64,000 bases of DNA from Takakia lepidozioides (taxonomy: Eukaryota > Plantae > Bryophyta): positions 43,462,001 to 43,526,000 of the forward strand of contig CM060732.1 of NCBI GenBank assembly GCA_030704615.1. The letters run 5' to 3'. A model generated the notes under the pieces. The model was not told the DNA's origin. It saw nothing but the letters and a program-made list of their open reading frames with translations, and did not search any database. Numbering within the stretch: the first letter of the stretch is position 1; the number at the start of each line of letters is the position of its first letter. This document shows positions 48,350-61,798 of the stretch, piece by piece. The translations under genes were made by a program, and so were the position numbers.

Positions 48350-51300
48350 ATGGATCGAGGCGGTGAGCGCATAAAACCAAGGATTGTTCAATGCCCTAAA
48401 TGTGGGGCTCTTCTACATGAGCCCCCTCCTGGGAATCCCTTTTACAAATGTGGAAGCTGTTCCACAACTCTTCAAGGTCTGTTTCTTTGTTCCCTTTAAG
48501 ATCTCTTACTTCATCTCTTAGGTTTTTTGTGGGTTCCTTCACTTTTTAAACTGGCAAGGATTGGGAGGTTTTGAGGATAACCAGTTTTGCCCTCAAGTCC
48601 TCTTCTTGTCGTCCTGGCTGATCAAGTAAAACTTTGTTCCAGTTCTAAGCTTCTAAAGCTTACGTTCGTTTCTTTGGCATATTTTCTCATGGTATGTCCT
48701 GTTTTGTGTTGTAGCTAAGCATGCCACTCAAGAAGACATGCTCATGCATCAAAAGGGGATAGTGAAACGACTGGAAACAAACAGATTCACCAAAAATCAC
48801 TCGTCTCAAGAGGGTACAAAGGTATTGTACTCAGATTCATCCGGTGGGACACCAGAAAGATTGTCTGATGAGTTTTCCTTTTCTGGAGAGGGGTCTCCCT
48901 CTTGGTCACCTTCAAGGTGGGAATCCCCAGTCTACAGAAAGATCCCATCAAACCACTCGCTGCAAAGACCAGTAGGAAGTTCTTTCGAGGAGCCACTCTA
49001 CAGCCCTCGGGTGATTGCTCCTCCGGTGAAGCATGAGATTCCAATTCAGACCATGGAGACTTTGGGCCAAGATATGCGTCAGCTTGTTTTCGACAAAAAT
49101 GAAGACGCAATTCACCAGAAACCCGCGTGCTGGTCTTTGAGTCCAGACCCATCCTTTGGTCATGCTGCTCAGCAAAGGCCAACAAGCATGATGCAACCTC
49201 ATTCACATGAGATGCTGTCAGCTATTGGTATGTCTTCTGAAGAACATCAGTCTTCAGAACCATCAATGCAAGACCGAGTTGCCTCCAGTGAGGGGAAGCA
49301 GGGTGCTATCAACAAACAGCTTGCTGTTGGGATCGATCAATCATCCGAGAATGCAAAGCTATCCTTGCAACCTCGCCCACTTCCTGCTCCATCTGTGATG
49401 AGGGACAGTGGACAAGGTGAAGATCTGCACACTGCATCCAGAATGCATCATTGTGCGGAGGGCTCTTTAATCCACCATGATATGTATGCTGCTACTGATA
49501 TACTGGACTATGAGACAAGTGAGTATTCTTCAACCATGGATGAAGCTGATGCTTATCAGGGCAATCTATTGGATAGCAAACCCCAACTGGTGGCTGCCGA
49601 TGTCGGTTCTCTCACGCTTGACCAGAAAGCAATGGGAACTGGGGCCTTTCAGCGAGGTCTTGCAGGATACTCAGATGGGTGGTCACGCTCTGGTCGGAGA
49701 CTTGGTGGAGAAGTGCATGAGCAACAAGTGGCATCAGATCGGTCTACTCTGCCACATCAAACGCATTGGGTGCACAAGACAGTGCAGCATCTCTCAACAG
49801 TTTCCTCCTACCAGGTTCAGCCTTCTACTCTTCACTCTCCTCGGCACCCTCCTCTACGATCACCTCCTCACTCTTCTCACACGAAATCATGTGAAGCACG
49901 TCAAGGTGTAAACGGTTCACGAGAGTCAGATGTGGCATCCATTGACGGCCAGGGGCAGGTGCCAACCAAACCAAGGACATATCCACCGTTGCCGGGGCCT
50001 AGTGATGCACCCTATGTGGTTTGTCAGAACTGTAATCAACTGTTAGCAGTTCCATCAAACCTGCCTCCCAGCAGAAAATGGTATCAAAAGCTCCGGTGCG
50101 GTGCTTGCATGAAGATTTCAGTTTTTGTTGTGAGGTCCTCCGATTCCATTCCTCGTGTATCATTTTCTGATGATCACAGTCCTGCTCTCACTTCCTCAAA
50201 GGCAGCTGCTGCTATGGTGAATTTGTCTAATGCCCCACTTCCTCCTGACAATCTGAGGGACTCATCTGCTAGAGGAAGATGGGCAGGTCCACCGTCTCTT
50301 CCAGAAAGAGGTGACTCGGACAGATTGTACGTCCAAACTAGTTCAGGAGCTTCCCCTCGCCTGCCACCTTCGGTGAGGCAACCTTCACGTGCTTCTTCAG
50401 GATCCAAATTGTCAGCTAGAACTGCAGCTGCCACCGGCTTGGCTGAAGTTCCGGTATCAAATGGATTAGCTGACTTGGATTCAGGTACAGGCATTCAAGG
50501 TCGAGGCATGTCTCCTCAGTTTTCTTTTTTCAGTGATGAGACACCCACTCGGGCGTCAAATGTGTCATGTGTCGACCATGATATGTACAGTACAGCAGCA
50601 CGTGAACTGGGCAACGGTCTTGATCGTCAACCTTTACAGGATGGCAGGGTGCTGCAAGCAAGCAGTGACTCTGATAGTGATGCCCCAAAAAAGTCCTCAT
50701 ACAACTCCAGACCAGGCTCTCCAATCCATGAGTACTCTGGGTACAACTCTCCCCGAATGTTGTCTCGCAGTGCCATCTCAGCACCGCAACACTCCAAGGA
50801 TGCAGGGCAAGAGACAGCAAAGGGATTGAACAAGGGTCTAAGGGGCTTTCTTAAAAAGAGTGTGAAGGAGTTGACCAAGAGCAAGAACGCAATAGGGACC
50901 AGTCAGTTTCGACGCAAGATGTCTGTGAATGGTAATGCTGTACCTGATGCAGTTGTCAGACGGGCTGAGGAACATGCTGGACCCATCCATCCAGGCTCTT
51001 ACTGGTATGGGATTAGTGCTGCCTTTGTCGTTGGAACTAGTACCCACATGTTTCAGCAAGCATCGTTGATGCTGGGCTTGCTATGTAGGTGGTTAGGAGT
51101 ACATGCACAAAATCACTGATAATAATCTCTGGCATGAGGTTTTTGTGTTGTTTACCTCAAGGATTGCTGCTTATTTTGGAAACTGCCATCGTCAATTACT
51201 AGTAGAGATAGACTAAGGTATGTGGATTACTTTGACCTGCAGGTATGATGTGCGAGCCGGCTTCTGGGGTGTTATGGGTGGGCCAGGCCTTGGAATGATC

Positions 51301-52118
51301 CCAGTAAGTGGACTCATTTGTTTTTCCACCTTTCCATTTTCACGAAGCTACAGGCTGACAGATGGTGCATTCACTTTAATGAGCCTTCTGTATGTCTGAC
51401 ATGATGGGTGGTTGGCAGCCCTTCATTGAAGAGTTGAACTACCCACTGGCAAGGCACTGCTCTGGGGGCAAGACAGGGGTTCTAGTGAATGGTAGGGAGC
51501 TGCATCAGAGGGACCTTCAACTACTGATGCGGCGTGGCCTGCCAGCCACCCCGGGCATGTCCTACAGTGTGGATATTGATGGTCGCCTTATGGAAGCAGC
51601 TACTGGCACCGAGCTCCGGGGTCTTGGCCGGCTTGCACCCACGTATGTATGAAGCCTTTTTATTCAGTATTGTGAAGTGAAACATTTACGTATGGAAAGT
51701 TCCAATGGTATGTGCCTTGACACGTTGAAGTGCTGAATTCATGTGACCATGGATTTGAAAAGGTCCTCACAGGCTGTATCGATCAGAAGGGTCTATAACA
51801 AAACCTATCTTACGTGGATGGTAGATAATCATGGTGAGGCACAGTTGGCTCTTTTTCCAGCTTTTTCCTGTTCAATGTGGCTGTTTCATGTCCCTGCTGT
51901 ACTTCAAGTTTCCAGGATAGGCCACATGCTCTCAACTTGGTGTTATTGTCAAAAATATCAAGTTGTGAAAGGTGAAATCTGCCAGTTTGGGCGGTCAATA
52001 TAGGTGCCAGGTTTCCAGTTTGAGGGTCTCTCCTGATAACAACTTGTTGGTTGACAGGTTGGAGCAAACTGGACGGGGTCAAGGTATGTGGGTACCAGGA
52101 AGCAGCAAAGTAGTATGA
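48350..52118 (+). CDS. EDR4-like / extra-large G-protein-like zinc-ribbon protein (DUF3133 family)
   Basis: Exons 48350-48476, 48715-51004, 51243-51303, 51419-51642, 52058-52118. N-terminal RIVQCPKC..YKCGSC, central PYVVCQNCNQLL..KLRCGAC, C-terminal PGSYWYD.RAGFWG..PPFIEE..VNGRELH. Confidence 0.9.
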
Positions 52119-53775
52119 TCATGCCCCAGCAGAGACATTTTCTATTCTGAGGCTACCCAATTGAGAGAGCAGTAGTGACACTGTGTCATTGCCCAAGGCC
52201 ACTTATCTCTCGGATTCAGTCACCAGCAGTGCATCTGCAGGTGCAATGAACTTTTGGAATCCTGTCTTGAGGGTGGGTTATTGTCCAGTGAGCTCTCTTA
52301 TCCTTCAAGCTGTTTGCTTTTCTAACATCACTGTATTAGCTCATGGATCTGGAAAGAATGATGGACTTGTCCACTGCACAGGTGGTTCTTCATTCTTATG
52401 CACATGACTTGGCTCTTTCACAGTCAGTTACTTGAAATACTAATTGGCTTTTGGCTGGAGCTTATTGTGCAGGTTTTGCTTAGGAGGAACAATTCTACCT
52501 CTATTTACAGTTTCCATGGAGACAACCCTAACTAGCCCTCTGGCTGTGACATGATGTCACTACCTCTTGTTTACATGTCTACTGGCCTCATTTGATTCTT
52601 ACATAGCTTCATCATGTTAGGGGCCAGCTGTTGGTTAGGAGAGCAAAACATCTAATGTGCCATACTGCCACTTTTGTCAACTTCACAACCATTGTGAAGC
52701 AACATTGTGAAGTTTCGAAATCCGGTCAATATTATTCAATGTCCCATATTGGTATATTTGTAACTGTGACTGGTGAGTCAACAAATGAGGTGGAAGTCCT
52801 ATGGTAGTTTTCTATTCAAGCTTACATTTTGTCACTTTGTTGTGAAGTTTTTCATGATATGTTCTTCCCCAGAATCTGATCTCCTGATCTGCTATCTTGA
52901 GGCATATAACATACAATTGCCCAGCTTTGCAGAAAGTTGGGGGGCATCTATCTGTGCATGGGAGTGTTGTATTGAGCACTCAAAAGTGATCTGCCTCACT
53001 TCTAAACTATATAGTCAGTAGTTGATTTCATGTTCAGGTGAAAAGTAGCACTCAGTTCTAATAATCGGACGAACTGTAAGTATCTCTACTTGCCAGGGGA
53101 AAAATTCTAATTTTCTATTCCGAACACACAAGGTTGTTTTGAGTTTTTTAGGGATCATATTCTGCACCAGATAACCCTCCTTCCCACAAATTCCGCAGAT
53201 GGTTTGCCGCTAGCCCATACGGAATCTACAAAGTTGCGACTGGGTAGGTGGGATATGATGTGAGGGGATTTGGTTAGCTGAAATTCAACGGGTTTGGAGC
53301 GGTCAGTCCGGTCCCGAACACAAGGTGATTGGAGAGGGACCGGCTACCCTGAGGACATGTGGGACCCGCCATTCCTTGCCACCCTTTCTCGTTAGCTAAG
53401 TTTCAGAGCAGCCCAGATCCACTCATTTTGAGGAGGTTCGCAACGAATCATCTTCTGAATACAAAAATCCCATGTACTGTGTAAACAGAACTACAGTAAA
53501 GGCGTGGCCATGTAATGATCCTGACTAATAACCAAAAAACTTCAATGGGAAAGATTATGAGAACCCCAGTTGGTATAACTCCTTTCAACTCCCTTCAGTT
53601 GGTTCAACTCCTTCACATGAATTTCCCTGCCAACCGCTGCAACAGAATCGTCCAGACTAGATTCTTTGGCTAGGAGATGCACACCATAAATTTCAACCTT
53701 TTGAAGCCGAGCAGGCAGCATGAGGAGAGTAGAAATAGGGGTTGCAACTGTCAGATCTTCACTGTAGTTGTCCAT

Positions 53776-54067
53776 CAATTCAACCTCATTTACTCGCGAG
53801 TCTTTGTAACTTTTCCATCCATGACATGCAAATACAGTAAGACCCAAGTCCTCGAGTTGCTTTAGAAGGTGGATATCAGATTTCCTGGCATTTCGACCTG
53901 CTTAAAAACAGGGTTATGGAGGGCAATTCAACCTCATTTACTCGTGAGTCTTTGTAACTTTTCCATCCATGACATGCAAATACAGTAAGACCTAAGTCCT
54001 CGAGTTGCTTTAGAAGGTGGATATCAGGTTTCCTGGCATTTCGACCTGCTTAAAAACAGGGTTATGG
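53776..54067. repeat. 148-bp-period tandem duplication
   Basis: CAATTCAACCTCATTTACTCG... starts at 53776 and at 53924, nearly identical. Confidence 0.9.
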
Positions 54068-55318
54068 TGGGAACACCTAGTAAAAGGATGATGGTAAGAA
54101 GTTAATGCTAGAAATCCTGGAAGAGGTTTGCATTTGCATCTGCCTCCGCATCACCACCTCAACCATCATCTCTCATGCAAGTAGGCTGTGTACAGACCTA
54201 CCAGGCAGCCCACTCTTGAAAGTCACTGGAGACCCTGGTTTTTGATCCCAAGTTTAAATAACCGACCAGTGCTTATATCATGCAGTACATCCAGCTGCCG
54301 GTCAAACTGCTGAGGTAATTTAGTTGTATAAGCTTGACAAATTTTCAGATGGACAATATATTCAAATACTCAGAAACTACACACTGAGATCCACCAACAC
54401 ACTGCCAGATACATCATTGATGCCTCACCCAGCCACCTTCCCGCGAGCAAAGGATGTTTCCTGTTAAAGCCTGTTCTACCTCAGTCATTACTTCCACAAT
54501 CTGTAAAGAGATCACACTTCCATACCCAGATCCACACCAGCTTCACCTACTCAGGCAATTACAAAACAGAATCCGTGCAGCAACCCAAACACATCGAAGT
54601 TATCATAAGCCACACGTCCAAAAGAGTGCATTCAGATCAAGCTGAAGTAACACGCACACCATATTAGACCAACCCTGATCAGACAATAAACAGAGCAAGC
54701 TCACATTATAATATATGCTTCAAAGAACTTTGCAACATGCTCCAAGCACCCTAGAAGTAGAGTCTATGTACAGACACCAGCCTAAGCAGCATGCAAGCAG
54801 GGAAGCCTGCATGAGAAACAGAGAAATAAATGGAAGACAGAGATAGTGCTCCACTCTGAACGTGTCTGCAGAATGGTGCACATGACAGCAGGCCTGGCTC
54901 TCACACAAACCCACCCATGTGAAGCTTACCCTTGCAGAGGTAGCATGCTTACCACACAGTGGCTGTCGCCATGTCCGAGCATGTCCAGCCTGCCCTGGGG
55001 CGTTTGCCGCAGGCCTGTGTCACGCAGCCAGTTCCAAGCCTCTGCATCAGGACCATCATTCTCACATGGGGTGGAGAGGAGAGAAGAAAGGACATGCACC
55101 ACACACTAACCGAGGCATGTGGCAGAACGGGGGCTTCTGGAGCATACCCAATGGGCCTCCACAGCTTGGGATGCCCACAGCATCCACCCCACCTGGCTGC
55201 AATATACGACGCTCTGTTCATCAGCCTAATACATGGGACTCACACTACCAATTTACAGACAGAAAACGGAGCTATTGGACATCACATGACATGCCAGCCA
55301 CTACCACATGCATGTTTT

Positions 55319-56083
55319 CTATGCAGCACAAGACCCATCTCCCAGACTCTCGTCGGAGACTATCTCCGGTCCTCCATCGTTTGCAAGCCGCTGTCGAAGG
55401 CGTACCAACTCCTGCGTCATGGCCCACAGCCGCTGCTGCAAAGACAAGTTCTCCTCCTCCAGTTGAGCGATGTGGGTTTCCTGCTGCCCAACCGGCGAGT
55501 CAGCCGTGAAGAGGATCTCAAAGCGCTGCAGACCATGGTCGATTCTTTCCTCCACCTGTTCAACACTATCTGCTGGCGGCCGCCCACACTGATCGGTGTC
55601 GCTCTCCCCACAAGATGATGAACCCGAGTCTCGCTCAGCATCATCTGCGCGAAGCCGAATCCGACCGTTCATGGAGCCGTATGCATTCACCCCGAGGTCG
55701 TTGGCCACCTGCCCATCCCTTAGAGATTCTTGCGGCCATGTTGCAGGCGAGATCACAGGTGTGGCTAGCGCTGGAGTTGCTGGGGACAGCAACGGCGCGT
55801 GTATGCCCAGCTTGCCAGCCCTCATCAAATACGAGCTCGTGTTGTAGGGTGCACAAGGAACCCTCGTCATGTGCTTCCTATACTTCCTGCTTCGCGGCTT
55901 GTGTCTGCGAGGAAGAGCGTGCAGCACACCCCTGGCATGCGCAGGTGCATAGAACCCCGGCGTTGGCTCCCAGTTCCGTCGCCACTCTTTCTTCCCATAC
56001 GATGGTGCCAGATTTGTCCCAGGATCGCCGCCTCCTGGAATCAATTGCACCACCCAACCATCTCTCTTTGCAGGAAAGCCCAT
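55319..56083 (-). CDS. PRLI-interacting factor A-like protein (HEXIM-like layout)
   Basis: Basic patch, APYNTSSYLMRA, SPATP..TP..SP, GVNAYGSMNGRIRLR, ERIDHGLQRFE, C-terminal coiled coil (LEEENLSL). Confidence 0.8.
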   Translation of the reverse strand: MGFPAKRDGWVVQLIPGGGDPGTNLAPSYGKKEWRRNWEPTPGFYAPAHARGVLHALPRRHKPRSRKYRKHMTRVPCAPYNTSSYLMRAGKLGIHAPLLSPATPALATPVISPATWPQESLRDGQVANDLGVNAYGSMNGRIRLRADDAERDSGSSSCGESDTDQCGRPPADSVEQVEERIDHGLQRFEILFTADSPVGQQETHIAQLEEENLSLQQRLWAMTQELVRLRQRLANDGGPEIVSDESLGDGSCAA

Positions 56084-57475
56084 CTACTCTACCCTGCCTC
56101 TTCAGCCGTTCTCAAACACTTGTTTTAAGGTCCCCTCCCGCACCAGTGGCTGGCAATGCAATCTCAGTAGCCGAAGCCAGCTGTTATCCAGCTCGCTGAC
56201 TGCCCTCTACCTCAAGATTCCCAGAGCACAATCGCAGTGCACCAAGGGCTGATGAAAACACAGATCAAAAGCTCCGATCGCTCACAGCAGTTGAGATCCA
56301 GCAGAAGTCCACCACCCGGCAAACCCAACTTCCTTTCCTTCAGTATTTTGCTTTCTTACACCCTCCCAATTGCACTTTCCAACTCTGTAATCTCAACAGA
56401 GGGTAAGTAGACAAGAAGAACTAGAAACACAAACAGTGTTCCTTGCTTGCAGAGCAGCGAGAGAGAGACAGGCACAATAGCAGAGAGGGAGAGACGCGCG
56501 CCCCTATGAGCGTGCTAGACAGGGCGTAACCACCTGCACCCACTCTGCCATGCCTCCTCGCCCATTGGCTGTCTTAGAGCACAGTGTCGATGTGGCCCTT
56601 CTTCACTGGTTGAACCCTGAGATACAACTCTCTGCCCAATCAGACAATGCCTGCTGCTAACCCTATCCCTCCAGTTTGAAGTTTGAACAAGGAACCCACC
56701 TTCAACTTGTTAAGCAAAGCCGAGCCTCCTTCACATTCTGAGGGGCATGCAACTAAGTTATACTTGTTGAGGTCTCTAGAGAACTCAACCAAAACCAACT
56801 GTTTTCTAGTTTTGTTTTGACCTTGCAAGTCATTAGTCATCACAAGACGCCCTCTTTGGCCGGAGTCTTCTTCTTCTTCTGCACCTAGCTATGGACTCTC
56901 ATGTTGCTAAGTTCGCCCCCATATTTGCAAGTTGATTTGACCTAGATTGATCAATACTTGCTAAGTTATTGAGTCTCATGTAAGCGTCGCTAATTATTGG
57001 GTAAGAAGAAGTAGTCAAAAAGTATAAACTATAAACAGCCCTTATCATTTATTTCCTGTAATTGGTGATGGATGAAGCATTATTAGTATAGACTATGTTG
57101 GCCCATGCTCCAACAACTAGGTATTACATTTATTCGTCCATCATTGAAGCAGAGAATTGTTCTTTTACAAAAAAGACTCTTCCTCAAGCAAATGTAACGT
57201 ACGGGCCACTGCCTTCTGATGTTGCCTTCTGATGAGAAAGTGGACATCTTACACACATGTGGTTTTGAACCCACAACCATTAATAAAATGATATTATGCC
57301 CTAACCTGATTAGTTATATTTTAGTCTCCAGATTGCCAATAATGACGGGTCAAGGTGTCTAAGAAATTAGAAACAAAAAAACAAAAAAACAAAAAACAAA
57401 ACCAAGAACATAGAGTGAGAGTCTGAAACTAGTGAGCAATCCAATGTAAAACACAAAGACAAAATATGGGTCTTA

Positions 57476-57610
57476 GGGCCGCTTTACACTAGGGCCCAAG
57501 CCCAAGACCAAGTGAGAATGGAGCATTCCCATTGGCGGAGGCCTGAAAATTGGGCCCAACGGCTTTACACTACAGCCCGAGCCCAAGAAAATGGAAGTGG
57601 GTCATTTGCC
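57476..57610 (+). mobile_element. Possible PIF/Harbinger-type MITE end
   Basis: TTA followed by GGGCCGCTTTACAC, with an internal repeat of GCTTTACACTA..GCCCAAG. No partner TIR found. Confidence 0.3.
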
Positions 57611-57839
57611 TACATGGCACAAGTTTTGGCGCCAACTTCTTGGGCCAGACCAAGAAAAATGTTCACAATAATGAAGCTAGTGGGAGGCTTTCAGGTGGAC
57701 AGTTTCGGCACTCTTGCCTTCATGGGAAGACTTACTAGGGATCTTGCAGACCTGGTTTCAATTTGTACCATCGATGAAATGGGCAGGCCAAATCCTCTGC
57801 CCCAACCAAGGCATGAGGACAATTGGGCTCTGCATTCTA

Positions 57840-59030
57840 ATCTGCAATAGTTTCTATCTCATCCACTGGCAGGATTACAGTTTGACCCAGAGGAATGGTC
57901 TTGGATGGATAACAAAAGATCCCATTTCTTCACATACACGGTCAAGTTGGGAAATACTTTCAGGTGCCTAAAGCAATCTTCATTCAGAAATGGCAATTGA
58001 AGGGGGGGAACATCATCGGGCAGGGCTTGCCATTGGGAAACAAATGTGGAAGGACATCTGGAGGAAGGATAGATTGCCAAAATTTTGGCTTTCCTTTGGA
58101 AGATTGTGCACATGATTCTGCCGGTTAAGTCCACCGATGAGAACAACCCTCTCTGTTCCATCTGCTTGAGCATGCCTGAATCCTTGGAACACTGTTTGTT
58201 TCAGTGCCCCAGGCGTAGGAGCATTTGGGCAATAGTTCTACAGCTATATGCTAACTGGAAAAGGCTGCCCTCCTCTCCTAATCCCCTTGCTGAATTTCTT
58301 GGAAGATGCTGTTTTTCTATCACCTGCCCAGTATGGTCATGGTTGAGGGCTCACACCCTGTGGAATCTTGGAATACCAAGTGCTCTTAGGTTCATGAGGG
58401 TAGACCCCCTGCATCACATTTCTTCGATCTGAGGGGAAGAAGGCATGGCTCTCTGTTTGTGCAACTCTTCCCCGAGCTTCAGATCAATGCAGGGGGCAAC
58501 TGGGGGGAAGGGCAGCTTGCTTTGCACCAGCATTTCCAACTCACATGTACAATGGAAGGACACCGTCCCATCACAATGGGAGGTCCCAATGGATGGGATG
58601 GACAGTAATTTCAACTGACGCCACAAGAGAGCTCGGGATCAGAAGCTCAAGCTCCAGCAAATTTTTTGAATATGAGAAGTCTTGCCTACAATTTCAGATT
58701 GGCTCAGGTCTTGCCTGCTGACTGCGTCTTCACTCATTTTTGGATCACTTGTCTCTTTGTTCCAATAGAATAGCTTCACGGCCCCCCCCCCCCTTCCCTG
58801 CTCTTCCCCCTTGCATTCTCCTCACTTCATCCCCCTCTTCCCCAATTCTAAGGCATCTGCTCTTCCCTTAGTCTTTCTGGTATCAGGGATGTTTTCCCTT
58901 AGTATTTGCATAAGTAGTTTCTTAGTTACAGGGTAGTTTCCCCGCAGTAAGCCTTCACAGCCTATCGGGTGGTTATTTTTTCCACCACGATAAATAATTG
59001 AGAAATTTTTATAAAGGCCTTACCAAAGGA
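57840..59030 (+). mobile_element. LINE 3' remnant (zf-RVT and pyrimidine-rich 3' UTR)
   Basis: AFLWKIVH..CSIC..PESLEHCLFQC..IW, similar to 19142-19834. Confidence 0.75.
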
Positions 59031-59719
59031 GATACATTTAATGCATGTTTTATTTGGAGAAATTATAACAGGGACTTACATCTTTTTGACACTGATGTGT
59101 AGTATTTTCTTTAAGGAGGAGCCAATACAAAAGGACAGGGGGTGTTTCTTAGTTTAAGGTGATTGCAGAATCCCATTTGACATTTGACATTGTCATTCTT
59201 TAGATCTGATTAGAGACTATCTTAACAATGGAATTCTTGGTAGCATCGCGCTAGAGTATATAACATGCACTAATCTTCTTTTTTTTCTTTTTTCAATTAA
59301 CTTTATAACTGAGGACGATATTACATGTATTTTTATTGCAATAATATTTAGTTTTAAGCTAAATTTTGATTTTATCTGTTTTGTCTCTTTTGTTTTCGTT
59401 CTTTAGCATTTTTTTAATTAAAATATGTTTTTTTGTTGCTTTGGAGAGTCAATCCCAAGACCAATTTTCAAATTGCTCACCAAAGCGTTAATGTTGGTTG
59501 GTGCATTAATATATACGTTTTCCTACTTTCCGCAACCTCAAGTTTTTCTTAGATCTCAAATACCTTCATATTCCCTTTAGATCCATGAAGTTACATGTTG
59601 TTACCATAGTTGCCCATGCTATTCCTGGCCTTGCCAGAATCATTAATATATCTTGGAGAAGAGATCCAAATGCTTTAGCTGGTATTTTTATGTTATATAA
59701 TTATACAAGTGACACACTT

Positions 59720-59985
59720 GGCACGTCATCCTATTTCTTGGAAGCTTGTTTGGGCTTATGTGTGTTTCTCATGTCCTCTAAAATCTCGGCTTTTATATGG
59801 AGGATAGCTAACAGAATAGTCCTTGTTGGTGACTTCATCTCTGAGCCTCCTGCTTCATGTCATACTTGCAATATGAATATTCCGGAGGACTTGGAACACT
59901 GCCTAGTTCATGTTCCTTTGCAGCTGCAGTGTGGAATCGTCCAACCTCTTACAAGCCTTTCAAAGAGCTTCGTCCCACAATCATA
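59720..59985 (+). mobile_element. LINE zf-RVT fragment
   Basis: KISAFIWRIANR..CHTC..PEDLEHCLVH. Confidence 0.7.
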
Positions 59986-61178
59986 AAATTAACCGATACA
60001 CTTATTACATTGTGCAAGTTGATTTTCTTAACTCTATATACAATATAATAAAAGTATATTTAAAATATATTACTTAATTACATTATATATACTTATTTTC
60101 TAAATAATTAAATATAATATAATATATAATACGTACTCAATCATTGGCATATTTCAAATCCCTTGGCAAATAATGTTGACCACAATCTCACAATTCATGA
60201 AGTCATATCCATGACTCAGAAAGGTGGTCAAACAATATTAACTGCAATCTCCAAATTCTCGGAGTTGTATAGTCATACAATTGACCGTTTAGGAAGGTGG
60301 TAAGGAGACCTGCAGGGACTAATTTATTGTCGTATGGTTTTAATGATTTCAAAATTGTGGATGAAGTCGTACCAATCGTGACTATAATATGAAGAACAAC
60401 TCTTCTACTCTTCATAATCCAACTATGTTTGGAGCAGTGTTGGACTGTATATATATTGGTATGTGCACTGGTCTGGTATCATTTGGGAGAATACTTGGTC
60501 ATATACCAGACCAGGCTGGAATCAGATTTTTCGTACCAGCCACAATATCAGTTCTCCACCGCCGTCTTCCTCATCTACTCTAGTATGTGTACTGATACAC
60601 TAATATGTGTATACATATGTCTACATACTTGTACTGATGTATATTTATTTCTTTATGTATATTTCATTTATTTTCACATGATACTTGATAAACTTGTAAT
60701 TCAAGATGGCTCAGTTTGGAATGATACCAGAGTTGATATCGAGTCATACCAGCTGGTATTGTGGTCATGATACTCATACTCATATCAGTATCCAGAAAAA
60801 AAACATCAGTGTGCAGCAATTTCGAATGTGATGTGTTATAATTTGAGTCAACTCGGGGTCCACTCGGGGTCCAATGTTCGATGAGGCCAACCTTGAGTCA
60901 CATGCGTAAACACATAGAGTACAAGAATCACACCTATCTATGTCACAGTTCTATTTCTAGGTAACAACAGTAAAGAGAGAACCATGGGGACTATACAAAA
61001 GGTGCAAACACACAGCCTCGTTGTGTCAACCCACCAATGCTACCACAGTGAATTAGCAAACTATAACTGGATAGTCAAAAGATGCTATAGTTAGATCATA
61101 GTGCAGGGTGAACATGGTTTTTAGGATGGTCAATCAGATTGATATGCTTGTTTGTTTGCTTGAACGGGTGATGTGAAC

Positions 61179-61182
<4 letters not shown>

Positions 61183-61212
<30 letters not shown>
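61183..61212. repeat. (GA)n microsatellite
   Basis: Direct observation. Confidence 0.9.
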
Positions 61213-61218
<6 letters not shown>

Positions 61219-61269
61219 AGAGGCGAGGGCAAGGCAGTAGAGAGACAGACTAGGGAAATAGTAAATACT

Positions 61270-61550
61270 TGATATGCAACATTTTATGGAGGTATGACCA
61301 GAACTCCAAACAGAAAGCCGTTAACTGTCTTGTTTACGACTTCCTTAGAAGTTCCATTCTTTGGCACATTTGGAGAGCCAGATGCAAAAGGACTTTATCT
61401 GAAACAACATGTTCGATTTTTTCTCTTTTATTCTCCATATATCAATATCTTCTCATAGACTCAATGAAAGCATGGATCAAACTCAGTGCTAACATGGAAA
61501 GATCCCCTCGCACTGCAGGGCAACTCACACTACCTTCATATCTACCTGGG
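61270..61550 (+). mobile_element. LINE ORF2 C-terminal fragment
   Basis: LRSSILWHIWRARC..KAW matches MRYSVLWNLWKARC..KAW of the LINE at 19142-19834. Confidence 0.7.
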
Positions 61551-61631
61551 GCCATCAAAGACCAAACACCGCGAATGGAAGAAACAAACACCCCCTCCCC
61601 CAAAGCTGGGGCAACCACAATCATTAGAGTT

Positions 61632-61798
61632 TGTCAAGAGGATTTTAAATAGTTAAATTAACTAGTTCACTAGTTAATGTGAAACTAGTAAGTTACTAGT
61701 TAGTATGAAAATATTGTGGCAAACTAGTGTGTGGTGTGCATATGTAATGTGTGGATTGGACAACGATATAGTTGTGCACGATATGTATGCACACGACA
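61632..61798 (+). mobile_element. Short solo-LTR-like remnant
   Basis: TGTC...GACA ends and ACTAGT repeats. The last ~80 bp are homologous to 40220-40297. Confidence 0.45.

Noticed and set aside
53542-54290. Possible F-box/LRR-type pseudogene fragment on the minus strand
   Set aside because: Based on compositional impression only, with no conserved motif. Only the tandem duplication is reported.
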